64,000 bases of DNA from Candidatus Sericytochromatia bacterium (GTDB taxonomy: Bacteria; Cyanobacteriota; Sericytochromatia; S15B-MN24; JAQBPE01). A program made the translations under genes and the position numbers. This document shows positions 30,505 to 40,621 of the stretch, in pieces; position 1 is the first letter of the stretch; the number at the start of each line of letters is the position of its first letter. Below the pieces are notes generated by a model that did no database searches, was not told the DNA's origin, and saw nothing but the letters and a program-made list of their open reading frames with translations. The stretch lies in the NCBI GenBank assembly GCA_035284745.1, contig JAYKIL010000021.1, positions 9,197 to 73,196 on the forward strand. The letters run 5' to 3'.

Positions 30505-31746
30505 CTAACCGTTTCCCGATCCCAGGGCGGTGTGGCCCGCAATACGCCACTGTTCACGCCCCGTTGAATTGACGACCATCACACCGCAGCCTGTGCACAC
30601 ATTTTGTCCGCAACACGCGCAATTCACGCGGTGTTCGCGACACACGGGGTGTCCGTTCACACATTGCAACAAACACTCGCCACAGAAGGCCTGGCCGCAG
30701 ACAAAGCACGCGGCCAGTTCTCGCTCACACAACACATCGTGGCAAGCAACGCACTGTGCGCTGCAGTTGCCACAGATCAGGTGCAAATGTCGACAGGCGG
30801 TCCACTCTGACGCTTCCTTGTCACAACGCTGACAGCGGGCCCCTTCCACTTCGCCCGTTGCAAGGCTTTGCCAGGCCTGCAATTCCCGAGTCCGCGCGCG
30901 CACCGAGAGCCGCCAGCGCCACAGGCGGCCAGGCACCCGCAACGTCGCATAGCCCAATGGCCTTACGGTAATTCGCAAGTGGTGGCGTCGTGCCTCTTCG
31001 CCAAGACGTTTTGCAAGTTCGTCTTGCAAGCGCCTCTGCTCTTGCGAGGCAAGATTCAGGGCGTCCTCATAGGACTGCCCCCGGCGAACCCGAACGGGCA
31101 CCTCCTCGATCAATTCACGAAAGTAAGCTTCCAAGCGCGTCACCGTTTGCCCAAGGCGCCCGTGCGCCAGACGTTCAAAAGAGGGGACACAACGCTCGGC
31201 CTCAAGCCTGGCAAAATATTCCGCCTCAGCCAAGCGTTGCCCCGGAGGGATGGGCGGGGCGACCGTATCTTGAAACAGCAGGGTCTTTGTCTCCAAAGCG
31301 TCCCAGGCATCTGGTGCGTTTCGCCCTTCCTCATCCAGAGCCACCCGAAACAAACGCTCCACCCGTTCATCGGAGTCAAAAACCAAAGAGAAGTCATACA
31401 GCCAGAAAAACCGGTCTGACTCTTCAGGGGTCAATTCGACAAGCGCCCCATCCTTGGCTGACCAAGCGGGTGCCGGCCATTCACGCCCAGCAAGCGCAAA
31501 TTGAGCACAGCGCCCGCGCCCCGATAAATAGGCAACCATTCCCTCAAACACCCGACTGCCCGGAGCCACAAGATCCTCACCAGCGCTGGCATCTTGCCCA
31601 AAAACCAAAATCAACTCGGCACGACCAAAATGATCGGCGAGCGTGGAGGGTAACGTGACACACGCGCGTCCCGGTGCCGACGAATGCCAATCAGCACCGA
31701 AAAACGTGAAAAACTCGCGGGCAAATGCTTCGCAATCTGGGCTCAA
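30505..31746 (-). CDS. Hypothetical protein with a C-terminal dense Cys/His cluster (about 19 Cys in the last ~90 aa; multiple CxxC), likely a multi-zinc-ribbon module
   Basis: C-terminus CQRCDKEASEWTACRHLHLICGNCSAQCVACHDVLCERELAACFVCGQAFCGECLLQCVNGHPVCREHRVNCACCGQNVCTGCGV. Start ATG overlaps the SNF2 gene stop (ATGA). Confidence 0.5.
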   Translation of the reverse strand: MSPDCEAFAREFFTFFGADWHSSAPGRACVTLPSTLADHFGRAELILVFGQDASAGEDLVAPGSRVFEGMVAYLSGRGRCAQFALAGREWPAPAWSAKDGALVELTPEESDRFFWLYDFSLVFDSDERVERLFRVALDEEGRNAPDAWDALETKTLLFQDTVAPPIPPGQRLAEAEYFARLEAERCVPSFERLAHGRLGQTVTRLEAYFRELIEEVPVRVRRGQSYEDALNLASQEQRRLQDELAKRLGEEARRHHLRITVRPLGYATLRVPGRLWRWRLSVRARTRELQAWQSLATGEVEGARCQRCDKEASEWTACRHLHLICGNCSAQCVACHDVLCERELAACFVCGQAFCGECLLQCVNGHPVCREHRVNCACCGQNVCTGCGVMVVNSTGREQWRIAGHTALGSGNG

Positions 31747-33590
31747 AGAAGCCTACCCCACCCCCCCGGCGCGACCAAGCGATGCCCCGCTTCCCGCATG
31801 CCTTCATAACGCTGGCGTGCCAAAAGCCCCCGCTCGGCGGCCGACAACATCGTATCCGACCACTCTTCATCGCTGCTGGCCGATGCCCAAGAATCCAGCA
31901 CCCAATCTTCGAACGACTTGCGCTGCTCCCAATCACCCAGAATCACATCCAGTTCCCCAACAACCAATTCGAAAAGACGGATTTTTGTCCCAAGCAACTC
32001 CAAAAGGGCCATCTCAATGGTGTTCTCAAATGCCAGATTGATAATTGTCACCGGATGAATTTGCCCCAACCGATGGAGGCGTCCAATGCGTTGCTCCACA
32101 CGCATTGGATTCCACGGCAAGTCAAAATTCAGCAACGTGTGACAAAACTGCAAATTAAGGCCTTCTTGACCACTTTCCGTGCTGATCATAACCCGTGCCC
32201 CTCGCGAAAATTCAGCGACTGCCTGGGTTCGCTGCTCTGCGCTGAGGCTTCCGTGAAAGACGACGACATCATAACCTTGCGAGCGGAGAAAATCTGCCAA
32301 AACGACCTGGCTCCGTCGAAATTCTGTGAATACCAACATTTGACTGTCTGGCTCGCGTTGCAGACATTCCACCACAGCCTGCATCTTGCGACCCACGGGA
32401 ATCCCACGCGCCATGGCGGCATACCCGGCGAGTCGCCCACAAATCTCGGGCTCGAGGGCCTCATCATCGATCAGGGCCTCGAGGGTTCCCGCCACAGCCG
32501 CTGGGGTACTTGTCAGGCCTCGCTGCAGCACACTCAGGGTTAATCTCAGGTGCCCTTGATCGGGATGCGAACGCAATTCCTCGCGAATAAATGCCGTCAG
32601 CTCCGAATACAGCCTTGCCTCATCCGGCGGAAAAACCAAATGATAAATCCCGGCCCGTCGTGGGGGCAGTCGGAGCCCCACAGAGTCTCTGCGATTACGA
32701 ACCATGACCCCTGCAAGGCGCTTTCTTAAATCGTCTTCATTCAGCGGCGCACGAGGATCTCCCCCATCCATATAGGTCGCTTCAAACGTCCTGGGGGTTC
32801 CCAATTCGCCCTCTGCAAGAAGATTCACCAGGGCATACAGCTCACTGAGATCATTCATTACGGGCGTCGCCGTGAGCAACAAGAGATAACGCTTGTTCAA
32901 GCGACTCACCAGTTGGTGTGCCTGGGTCTGACGCGACTTTAACTTATGAGCCTCATCAACAATCACGACATCAAAGGCCTGCGCCAACGCTAATGCCGCG
33001 TGGCGGGGTTGCTTAGCCAAGTCCAGAGACGCAATCAAACGAGACCCACTCCAGTCACTTTGTTTCCGTACAACCCTAAAGCGTTCATCAAACTTCTGCT
33101 CTAATTCCTCAAGCCATTGCCAGGTCAAAGCGGCCGGCGCCAGAACCAAAACCCGGTGAGCAAGGCCCCGAACAATGAGTTCCTTCAGGATCAAACCCGC
33201 CTCAATCGTTTTACCGAGACCCACCTCATCCGCCAGAATGGCTCGCCCCCGCATTTGCCCCAAGACCCTTAAAGCAACGGCTTGTTGATGGGGATGATGC
33301 TCGATGTGACACGCATTCAGACACAACAAGTGCTCGAACCCCGTATGCACCCTCAACGAGTCAGCCACATGGCGTAAACGAAACAACTGACCGGATTCCT
33401 GGGGCCAACCCGTCGCCACCGGAACCGTATCAATGCGAGTTGGAAGCGCCAGCGCAGGTGAAACAGGGTGCGGTGGCTCATCCCGTATGGCTGCGGGAAT
33501 AGGCCGTGAAGCAATCTCCCCTGCGGGACTCTGTACCTTATTAGACCCCGCCTCTGGCCGAAGGTCTAACCATTCAAAACGCTCCAACAC
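31743..33590 (-). CDS. SNF2/RapA(HepA)-family DNA-dependent ATPase/helicase
   Basis: SF2 motifs I GLGKTIEAGL, II DEAHKLK, III LLLTATPVMN, helicase-C block MLVFTEF...GQEGLNLQ, VI QRIGRLHRLGQ. Confidence 0.85.
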   Translation of the reverse strand: MLERFEWLDLRPEAGSNKVQSPAGEIASRPIPAAIRDEPPHPVSPALALPTRIDTVPVATGWPQESGQLFRLRHVADSLRVHTGFEHLLCLNACHIEHHPHQQAVALRVLGQMRGRAILADEVGLGKTIEAGLILKELIVRGLAHRVLVLAPAALTWQWLEELEQKFDERFRVVRKQSDWSGSRLIASLDLAKQPRHAALALAQAFDVVIVDEAHKLKSRQTQAHQLVSRLNKRYLLLLTATPVMNDLSELYALVNLLAEGELGTPRTFEATYMDGGDPRAPLNEDDLRKRLAGVMVRNRRDSVGLRLPPRRAGIYHLVFPPDEARLYSELTAFIREELRSHPDQGHLRLTLSVLQRGLTSTPAAVAGTLEALIDDEALEPEICGRLAGYAAMARGIPVGRKMQAVVECLQREPDSQMLVFTEFRRSQVVLADFLRSQGYDVVVFHGSLSAEQRTQAVAEFSRGARVMISTESGQEGLNLQFCHTLLNFDLPWNPMRVEQRIGRLHRLGQIHPVTIINLAFENTIEMALLELLGTKIRLFELVVGELDVILGDWEQRKSFEDWVLDSWASASSDEEWSDTMLSAAERGLLARQRYEGMREAGHRLVAPGGWGRLL

Positions 33591-33595
33591 GCCGA

Positions 33596-35086
33596 CTAAA
33601 CCCCAGGGGGCCCCTCAACCGCCCACTCTCGCCGCTCAGTGGAAACCCCGGTGCTTCCATTCGCCCACCGCGCGTACCCCCGCGCCCAGGTCCGAGATGC
33701 TTCCAGTGCCTCGTTTCCGCGCGCCAAGGGAGTGAGGCGCGCGAAAGCACGTGCCACATCCCCGGGTTCCACGGCGCGCCCCTCATCAAAAGCATCATAC
33801 AACGCATCAATGATCCCCTGCTCCAACTCCGCACCCGAGAACCCCTGGGTCTCGGCCGCCAAGCTCACCACCGCCGCCTTTTCAAATTCCCGGTGGCGTT
33901 GTTGCAGGTGCAAAGCCAAAATTTCTGCCCGTTCCCGTTCGTCGGGAAGGTCTACGAAAAAAATTTCGTCAAAGCGCCCTTTGCGCAAGAGTTCAAGCGG
34001 CACACGAGAAAGATCGTTGGCGGTCGCCACCACAAAAACAGGGGAGCGCTTTTCTTGCAACCAAGTCAAAAACGTGGCTAGCACTCGTGCTGAGGTTCCG
34101 CCATCCCCTGCAGCGCTGGCCAGGGCTTTTTCGACCTCATCGACCCACAACACAACGGGACTGACGCTTTCAGCCACCTTTAATGCCCTGCGAGTGTTTT
34201 CCTCTGACGCGCCCACCAAACCCGCCATCAGACGCCCCACATCCAAACGCAGCAAAGGCAGGCCCCACTGGCGACTGACACTTTTTGCAACGAGGCTTTT
34301 GCCGCACCCCGGAGCCCCCAACAAAAGCAGACCGCGGGGTTCAGGAAGACCAAAAGAGCGCGCCTCTCGGCCAAAAGCACGCCCGCGTTTTCTCAACCAC
34401 TCCTTCAGTCCCGCCAGTCCCCCTATCTCATCGAGCGAACCCGCCAATTCGATGTGTTCCAATACCCCCGTCTTACTTACAACCCGGCGCTTCTCCTCTG
34501 TCATCACCTCTATCAAGCGATGGTCGAGTGCTCCGTGTAAGACCAAGGCCCGCGCCAAGCCATTGGCAATTTCAGCGGCGGTCAGCCCACGGGCCGCGGC
34601 CAAAAAACGCTCGTGATCCAGGGGATCTAACTTCAACGGTCGACCTGCCAACTGCCCAGCCTGGGCCAGCATCTCTATCACCGAGTCCGAGTCGGGCGTC
34701 GCAAAATCGACCAAGGTGACCTCAGCGCTCACCTCCGGAGGAAGATTAACAACCGGGCTCAACAAAATGACCGCCTTCGCGCTGTGCTTAACCGTATGCC
34801 CCAATTCCCGCAACTTTCTCACCACCAGCGCGTTCCCCAAAAAAGCGTGAAAATCGCAAAAAACGTAGATTCCCCGCCCAGTTGCCTCTTTCACATAATC
34901 CAAAGCCAGGATCGGATCGCGCAAAGACGGCTCACCCGTAAAACCACTCGTCGCAGACCACAAATGCACCTCTCGGCTGAGGCGCTGGGCCAACAGCCTC
35001 AGTTCGGCAACGGCCCGCTCCTCCTCCGGCGTATGAAGATAGAGGAGCGGGTACCGGGCGCGGAGAAGCGTTTCAAGCTCTGTCAA
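33596..35086 (-). CDS. Classic-clade AAA+ ATPase with ~230-aa N-terminal domain
   Basis: Walker A GAPGCGKS, Walker B VLWVDEVEKA, SRH ATANDLSRVPLELLRKGRFDEIFFVDLPDERERAEIL. Stop lies 5 nt from the SNF2 gene start. Confidence 0.8.
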   Translation of the reverse strand: MTELETLLRARYPLLYLHTPEEERAVAELRLLAQRLSREVHLWSATSGFTGEPSLRDPILALDYVKEATGRGIYVFCDFHAFLGNALVVRKLRELGHTVKHSAKAVILLSPVVNLPPEVSAEVTLVDFATPDSDSVIEMLAQAGQLAGRPLKLDPLDHERFLAAARGLTAAEIANGLARALVLHGALDHRLIEVMTEEKRRVVSKTGVLEHIELAGSLDEIGGLAGLKEWLRKRGRAFGREARSFGLPEPRGLLLLGAPGCGKSLVAKSVSRQWGLPLLRLDVGRLMAGLVGASEENTRRALKVAESVSPVVLWVDEVEKALASAAGDGGTSARVLATFLTWLQEKRSPVFVVATANDLSRVPLELLRKGRFDEIFFVDLPDERERAEILALHLQQRHREFEKAAVVSLAAETQGFSGAELEQGIIDALYDAFDEGRAVEPGDVARAFARLTPLARGNEALEASRTWARGYARWANGSTGVSTERREWAVEGPPGV

Positions 35087-35109
35087 AATTCCACCCGCCG
35101 TTGTCTTTC

Positions 35110-36060
35110 TTAACGAGAGCGAACCGCCGCGACACCCGCAGACCGTAATGCGATTTGTGCCGCCCCGATGACCCCCGCCTCCTCGCCCAAAGCAGCCTCT
35201 TGCAGCAATTCAGGGGCAAAACCGCGCTCTCCCGACACCTGGGGGTCTTTCAATGCCCGACGAACAAGATCCAGATAACCCGGCCGGGTCGCCACTCCCC
35301 CTCCGAGCAGGTACAGGTCAACATCTACCAGGCTGCTCAGGGAAACAAGCCCCTGGGCCAAACAGCGGGCGCTGAACGCCAAAACCTCCTGCATGGCGAC
35401 GTCACCCCTCTCGGCTGCAGCGAAGACAGCGCGCGCGTCTCCGGAAAAACCCGGACGGGTTTCACGTGCCAAGCGCGCGATCGCAGTCCCCGATACATAG
35501 GCCTCAAGGCAACCCGTCTGGCCACAATTACAACGCACGCCGTCGCCGAACAAAACCATGTGACCAATCTCAGCGCCCCGCCAGTGGCGCCCCCTCCAAA
35601 TCGAATGATTGAGAATCAGGCCCCCTCCAACCCCGGTTCCCACGGTGATCGCCACAATGCTTGGCGCACCGCGGCCCGCTCCACAGGCCCATTCGCCGAA
35701 AGCCGCCGCGTTGGCATCGTTCTCGACGAAAACCGGCACCCCCAACGCGGCCTGCAGGTGTGGTCCGACGGGCGTTCCCGTCCACCCCGAAATGTTCGGA
35801 GAAGCATAAGCCACGACCCCGTTATCAACGTCGATCTGGCCCGCAGCACTCACCCCAACGGCCACCAGGGCCCGGTGGTCCTCGACGGAGAGTCCCCCCA
35901 TCGCCTCACGCGCCCCGGCCACCAAGGCATCGAGGACAGCACCGGCACCTGCCCGCGCTGGAGTATCGAGGCGGCATCGGGCCACCACGCGCCCTTCGGC
36001 GTCACTCACACAAGCAAGAATTTTGGTTCCCCCGACGTCAAGCCCCAACGCCAAACTCAT
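35110..36060 (-). CDS. ROK family sugar kinase (glucokinase / N-acetylhexosamine kinase-like)
   Basis: LGLDVGGTKI N-terminus and ROK zinc motif CNCGQTGCLEAYVSG. Confidence 0.8.
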   Translation of the reverse strand: MSLALGLDVGGTKILACVSDAEGRVVARCRLDTPARAGAGAVLDALVAGAREAMGGLSVEDHRALVAVGVSAAGQIDVDNGVVAYASPNISGWTGTPVGPHLQAALGVPVFVENDANAAAFGEWACGAGRGAPSIVAITVGTGVGGGLILNHSIWRGRHWRGAEIGHMVLFGDGVRCNCGQTGCLEAYVSGTAIARLARETRPGFSGDARAVFAAAERGDVAMQEVLAFSARCLAQGLVSLSSLVDVDLYLLGGGVATRPGYLDLVRRALKDPQVSGERGFAPELLQEAALGEEAGVIGAAQIALRSAGVAAVRSR

Positions 36061-36750
36061 TTAGCCGTTCTCCTGTCTCGGACACGCTCTGGCAAAACCC
36101 GCTGTAATGAGCTGAGGCCGTGTGATGGCCGACCCGACCACCACAGCCCACGCCCCCATAGCAAAAGCCCTCGCCACGTGTGACGGCTCAGCCACGCGGC
36201 CCTCCATCAGCACCGGCACCCGGAGCGATGCCAGCATCTTCGCCAAAAGATCCCAATCCGGTTCCCGCGGCACAGGCCCTGTTCCCGTGTAACCCGAAAG
36301 CGTTGGAGCAACTGCCGCCGCCCCGGCGGCCTCGGCCGCCAAAGCCTCCTCGACGGTACTGACATCAGCCAAAACAGGACGCCCCAGTTCATGGTGCACC
36401 CCTTGAATCAGCTCACCCACCGGAACCGGCCGTTTGCGGTGAGTGGCATCTACCGCTACGACATCCGCGCCGGCGCGCACAACCGCACGCGCGTCATCCA
36501 ACGTGGGCGTGATATATACGCCCTGCTCCCCCCGCTTCCAAAGCCCGATCAACGGAACCGACACCGACTCCCGAATCGCCGCAATATCAGTCGGGCTCTC
36601 GCAGCGGACTCCCGCCGCACCACCCGCCACCACAGCCCTGGCCATCGCCGCCATGTAGGCCGCTCCGTGCAAAGGCTCATGCGATTGAGCTTGACAAGAC
36701 ACCACCAGACACCCGCGCAAAGACTGAAATACGTCAGATTTTTCCCCCAT
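36061..36750 (-). CDS. nanE: Putative N-acetylmannosamine-6-phosphate 2-epimerase
   Basis: LVVSCQAQSHEPLH... TIM-barrel NanE signature; 229 aa; immediately upstream of the ROK kinase. Confidence 0.8.
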   Translation of the reverse strand: MGEKSDVFQSLRGCLVVSCQAQSHEPLHGAAYMAAMARAVVAGGAAGVRCESPTDIAAIRESVSVPLIGLWKRGEQGVYITPTLDDARAVVRAGADVVAVDATHRKRPVPVGELIQGVHHELGRPVLADVSTVEEALAAEAAGAAAVAPTLSGYTGTGPVPREPDWDLLAKMLASLRVPVLMEGRVAEPSHVARAFAMGAWAVVVGSAITRPQLITAGFARACPRQENG

Positions 36751-36762
36751 CTGCCACCTCCG

Positions 36763-39633
36763 CTAACCGATCGCGACACCCGGTGGCAGCACCTTTTCCA
36801 GAAATCGCCCTGTGTGACTGCCGGCCACGCGACTTACATCCCGGGGTGTCCCACTCGCGACCAGTGTTCCGCCACGGTCCCCCCCTTCGGGGCCTAGATC
36901 CAACAACCAATCAGCTTGCCGGATGATGTCCAGGTTATGTTCAATGACCAGCACCGTGTTTCCGGCGTCTACCAGGCGATTTAAGACCTCCAACAACTTT
37001 TCCACATCGTAGAAACTCAAACCCGTAGAAGGCTCGTCCAGAATGTAAAGGGTTTTCCCCGTGGAACGTCGGGCCAACTGCTCTGCCAGCTTAATTCGCT
37101 GCGCCTCGCCGCCCGACAAGGTGGTGGCGGGCTGGCCCAGCTGGATGTACTCCAAGCCTACATCGAACAAAGTTTGCAATTTGTTGCGCGCCCTGGGCAC
37201 GGCCTCAAAAAACGACAGCGCTTCCTCAACCGTCATCGCCAGCACGTCGGCGATATTTTTTCCCTTAAACCTAACATCCAAGGTTTCTCGGTTGTAGCGA
37301 CGCCCCTTACACACATCGCAAGGGACGTATACATCGGGAAGAAAGTGCATTTCAATCACATTGACCCCTTCCCCCTTGCACGCCTCACAACGTCCGCCTT
37401 TGACATTGAAAGAAAACCGGCCCGGCGTGTATCCCCGCGCCTTGGCTTCGGTCGTCATGGAGAAAACCTCTCGCAGATGATCAAACAACCCGGTGTAAGT
37501 CGCCGGATTCGAGCGCGGAGTTCGTCCGATGGGTGCTTGGTCTATGACAATAAACTTATCGAGTTCCTCCACACCGGACACTGCCCGAACACCCTTTAAT
37601 TTACTGGCTCCAGAGCTATGTCCCGCCTCCAGATACTGGTACAAAACATCATGCACCAACGTGCTTTTCCCAGAACCCGACACGCCTGTGACACACACAA
37701 AACATCCCAGCGGAATGTCCACGCTCACATCCTGTAAATTGTTTTTGCGCGCCCCCTCGATACGCAAAGTACGGCCATTACCCGCCCGCGTTTGGGCGGG
37801 AACAGGGATAGAACGGGCCCCTGACAGGTATTGCCCCGTCAGCGATTCTTTTTCCGCGCACACATCCGCCAATGTCCCTTGAGCAACCACCCTGCCGCCG
37901 TGAACCCCCGCTCGTGGACCAATATCCACGATATGGTCCGCCAGCCGAATGGTGTCCTCATCATGCTCAACCACAATCAAGGTATTGCCCAGATCCCGCA
38001 AACGAAACAGGGTGGCAAGCAAGCGTTCGTTATCGCGCTGATGCAGACCAATCGAAGGTTCATCCAAGATGTAAAGAACGCCTTGCAGGCCCGACCCTAT
38101 TTGGGTGGCAAGACGAATTCGCTGAGCCTCGCCCCCTGACAACGTATTGGCAGCACGGTCCAAAGACAGGTAATCCAGACCGACATCGTTCAGAAAACCC
38201 AGGCGAGCGGTCACCTCTCTTAAGATTTGGGCGGCAATCAGCTGCTGCCGAGGTGTCAACGCCAGGTTCAAAAAAAACGGAAGCGCATCTCGAACACTCA
38301 AAGACGTAAGTTCCGCTATAGACGCTCCGGCAACCCTCACCGCCAACGCTTCCGGGCGCAGCCGGTTCCCCCCACAGGCCTCGCAAGGTGTTGAAGCCAT
38401 ATAGGACTCTACCTCCTGCTTAAAGCGTTCGCTCGTCGCTTCTTGGTAGCGGCGCTGCAAACTCGGGATGACACCCTCATACCGGGTGTAATAGGCATCC
38501 TGCCCCTCCTGAAACCAGCTGGGTTGCCGGATTAAAAACCGCTCATCTCCTGCTCCAAAAAGAACAATGTGTTGCACACCTTTGTCCAATTCCTCCCAAG
38601 GTGTATCCACACAGAAGCCCAACCCAGACGACACAGCCGACAAAAGCTCAAGGTAATAAGGATTAGAGGTCTTGGCCCAAGGATGAATGGCCCCTCCTCT
38701 TAAACTTTTACGCTGATCAGGGACAATTAAATGGGGATCGATCTCTTGTTTGGCCCCCAGACCGTGACAAACGGAGCACGCGCCAAACGGGCTATTAAAG
38801 GAGAATAAGCGCGGCGCGATTTCTTCCACACTGGTTCCGCAATCTGCACAGGCCAAATGTTCCGAAAAAATTCGATCCGCCTCCTCTGAGGGGGCCTCGC
38901 GGGTGCCCAGAATCTGAACAGCTACAATACCGTCTGCCTGTTGTAAGGCAGTGGCTAAAGAATCCGCGAGCCGGGTCGCCTGATCAGGGCGAATGACAAT
39001 TCGATCCACGACGACCGCAATCTCGTGTTTTTTGTTCTTGTCCAAGGTCGGCACCTCGGACAAGTCATATACCGCCCCATTCACTCGAACCCGAACAAAA
39101 CCAGCCTTGCGAGCCGCATCGAAAACTTTTTCGTGGGTCCCCTTCTTTCCGCGAACCAAAGGAGCCAAAACCTGAAGACGTGTTCCCTCCCCCAAAGCCA
39201 ATAACTGGTCGACAATCTGCTCCACCGCCTGAGGGTTGATAACCTTTCCGCAGCGAAAGCAGTGTGGCGTGCCTACACGTGCAAACAGCAGCCTCAGGTA
39301 ATCGTAAATTTCGGTCACCGTACCCACTGTTGAACGTGGGTTGTGACTGGTTGACTTTTGATCAATCGAAATAGCTGGCGACAGCCCTTCGATATAGTCG
39401 ACGTCCGGCTTATCGAGTTGCCCGAGGAACTGTCGCGCGTAGGCGGAGAGGCTCTCAACGTAGCGTCTTTGCCCCTCCGCAAAAATGGTGTCAAACGCCA
39501 ATGACGACTTGCCCGAGCCGGAAACGCCCGTAAAAACGACCAACTGATCCCGTGGAATCAGAAGTTCGAGATCCTTGAGATTATGTTCTCGGGCTCCCTT
39601 GACGTGTAGATAGGAGCGATCCAAAGGATTCAC
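36763..39633 (-). CDS. uvrA: Excinuclease ABC subunit A
   Basis: Two ABC ATPase modules ([15 protein letters not shown]; [15 protein letters not shown]), zinc-finger Cys pairs, 956 aa. Confidence 0.95.
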   Translation of the reverse strand: MNPLDRSYLHVKGAREHNLKDLELLIPRDQLVVFTGVSGSGKSSLAFDTIFAEGQRRYVESLSAYARQFLGQLDKPDVDYIEGLSPAISIDQKSTSHNPRSTVGTVTEIYDYLRLLFARVGTPHCFRCGKVINPQAVEQIVDQLLALGEGTRLQVLAPLVRGKKGTHEKVFDAARKAGFVRVRVNGAVYDLSEVPTLDKNKKHEIAVVVDRIVIRPDQATRLADSLATALQQADGIVAVQILGTREAPSEEADRIFSEHLACADCGTSVEEIAPRLFSFNSPFGACSVCHGLGAKQEIDPHLIVPDQRKSLRGGAIHPWAKTSNPYYLELLSAVSSGLGFCVDTPWEELDKGVQHIVLFGAGDERFLIRQPSWFQEGQDAYYTRYEGVIPSLQRRYQEATSERFKQEVESYMASTPCEACGGNRLRPEALAVRVAGASIAELTSLSVRDALPFFLNLALTPRQQLIAAQILREVTARLGFLNDVGLDYLSLDRAANTLSGGEAQRIRLATQIGSGLQGVLYILDEPSIGLHQRDNERLLATLFRLRDLGNTLIVVEHDEDTIRLADHIVDIGPRAGVHGGRVVAQGTLADVCAEKESLTGQYLSGARSIPVPAQTRAGNGRTLRIEGARKNNLQDVSVDIPLGCFVCVTGVSGSGKSTLVHDVLYQYLEAGHSSGASKLKGVRAVSGVEELDKFIVIDQAPIGRTPRSNPATYTGLFDHLREVFSMTTEAKARGYTPGRFSFNVKGGRCEACKGEGVNVIEMHFLPDVYVPCDVCKGRRYNRETLDVRFKGKNIADVLAMTVEEALSFFEAVPRARNKLQTLFDVGLEYIQLGQPATTLSGGEAQRIKLAEQLARRSTGKTLYILDEPSTGLSFYDVEKLLEVLNRLVDAGNTVLVIEHNLDIIRQADWLLDLGPEGGDRGGTLVASGTPRDVSRVAGSHTGRFLEKVLPPGVAIG

Positions 39634-40061
39634 CGAAACCTTCCTGAAGCCAACGTGCTCACGGGCCCCATCACACGGGCATTTTGCTTGACCTGTATCA
39701 CCTCGAACAACGGCGGGCCCAATAATAGCAAACCAACCAACAGGGCATTGGCCGCGCTCACCAACACGGCGGCCGCCGCGACATCCTTGGCGATTTTGGC
39801 AAGCGGATGCTTGCGATGTGTGAATAAATCCACCGCATTCTCAATGGCCGTGTTGAGCATCTCCATCGTCACCACCAACGAACTCACCACCGCAATCAAG
39901 GCCAAATGAAAAAAGGGTATCCGCAACCAAGCACCCAAAGCCATCGCCAGCACCCCCGCCGCCACGTGAATTCGCATGTTTCGCTCGGTGCGAAGGCAAA
40001 AATAGATGCCCGCGAACGCAAAACGAAAACTGGCAAGAAGATTCTCGGCCTTGAACCTCAC
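39630..40061 (-). CDS. dgkA: Diacylglycerol kinase / undecaprenol kinase family membrane protein
   Basis: 3-TM DgkA-like pattern ([16 protein letters not shown]). 4-nt overlap with uvrA. Confidence 0.8.
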   Translation of the reverse strand: MRFKAENLLASFRFAFAGIYFCLRTERNMRIHVAAGVLAMALGAWLRIPFFHLALIAVVSSLVVTMEMLNTAIENAVDLFTHRKHPLAKIAKDVAAAAVLVSAANALLVGLLLLGPPLFEVIQVKQNARVMGPVSTLASGRFR

Positions 40062-40621
40062 CGCGAACCTCGCCTGCGCCGACCTGCAGAAGGGCGTTCC
40101 CGCCCCGGAAGTTCCAACCCCTCAGGCGCGATCAACGTCGGACCTTCGAAGCCCAAAACGCGTAGTAACTCAATTTGACGGGCCCACATTTTCGACTGCC
40201 GTTGCGGGGTGTCGTGGTCCTCACCAAGCAAGTGCAGCAACCCATGCACGGACAACAAGGCCAACTCAGCATCCAGGTCATGCCCTCGGGCGCGGGCCTG
40301 CTCATTCGCCACATCGACCGCCACAACAACATCGCCCAGAAGGCGTGGCGCCTCCTCACCCGCCTCACCCGGCACATCCTCCAAGGCAAATGCCAAAACG
40401 TCGGTGGGCTTGTCGACACCCCGATATTCACGGTTAAGATCGTGAATCGCCGCCTCATCCACCCACGTGACGCCCCATTCGTCCAATGGCCCCAGGTTGC
40501 ACGCAGCGTGCAAATCTTCAAGACGTTTCAACCAGACCTTTTCATCCAGCGACTGGGATTGTTCGTTATTTAGATAGACCGGCAACCTTGCGTCCCTTCG
40601 CATCCAATTCTGGGCCACCAC
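40058..40621 (-). CDS. ybeY: rRNA maturation endoribonuclease YbeY
   Basis: Zinc motif SVHGLLHLLGEDHD and upstream DVLAFA...GDVVV. The ORF is somewhat long for YbeY; the real start may be internal. Confidence 0.8.
   Translation of the reverse strand: MVAQNWMRRDARLPVYLNNEQSQSLDEKVWLKRLEDLHAACNLGPLDEWGVTWVDEAAIHDLNREYRGVDKPTDVLAFALEDVPGEAGEEAPRLLGDVVVAVDVANEQARARGHDLDAELALLSVHGLLHLLGEDHDTPQRQSKMWARQIELLRVLGFEGPTLIAPEGLELPGRERPSAGRRRRGSR

Noticed and set aside
30505-33590. Assignment of the SNF2 plus Cys-rich pair to DISARM (DrmD/DrmB)
   Set aside because: No methyltransferase, PLD-domain DrmC or DrmA helicase is nearby. The Cys-rich protein (413 aa) is shorter than DrmB. The similarity is only the general SNF2 plus metal-binding theme.
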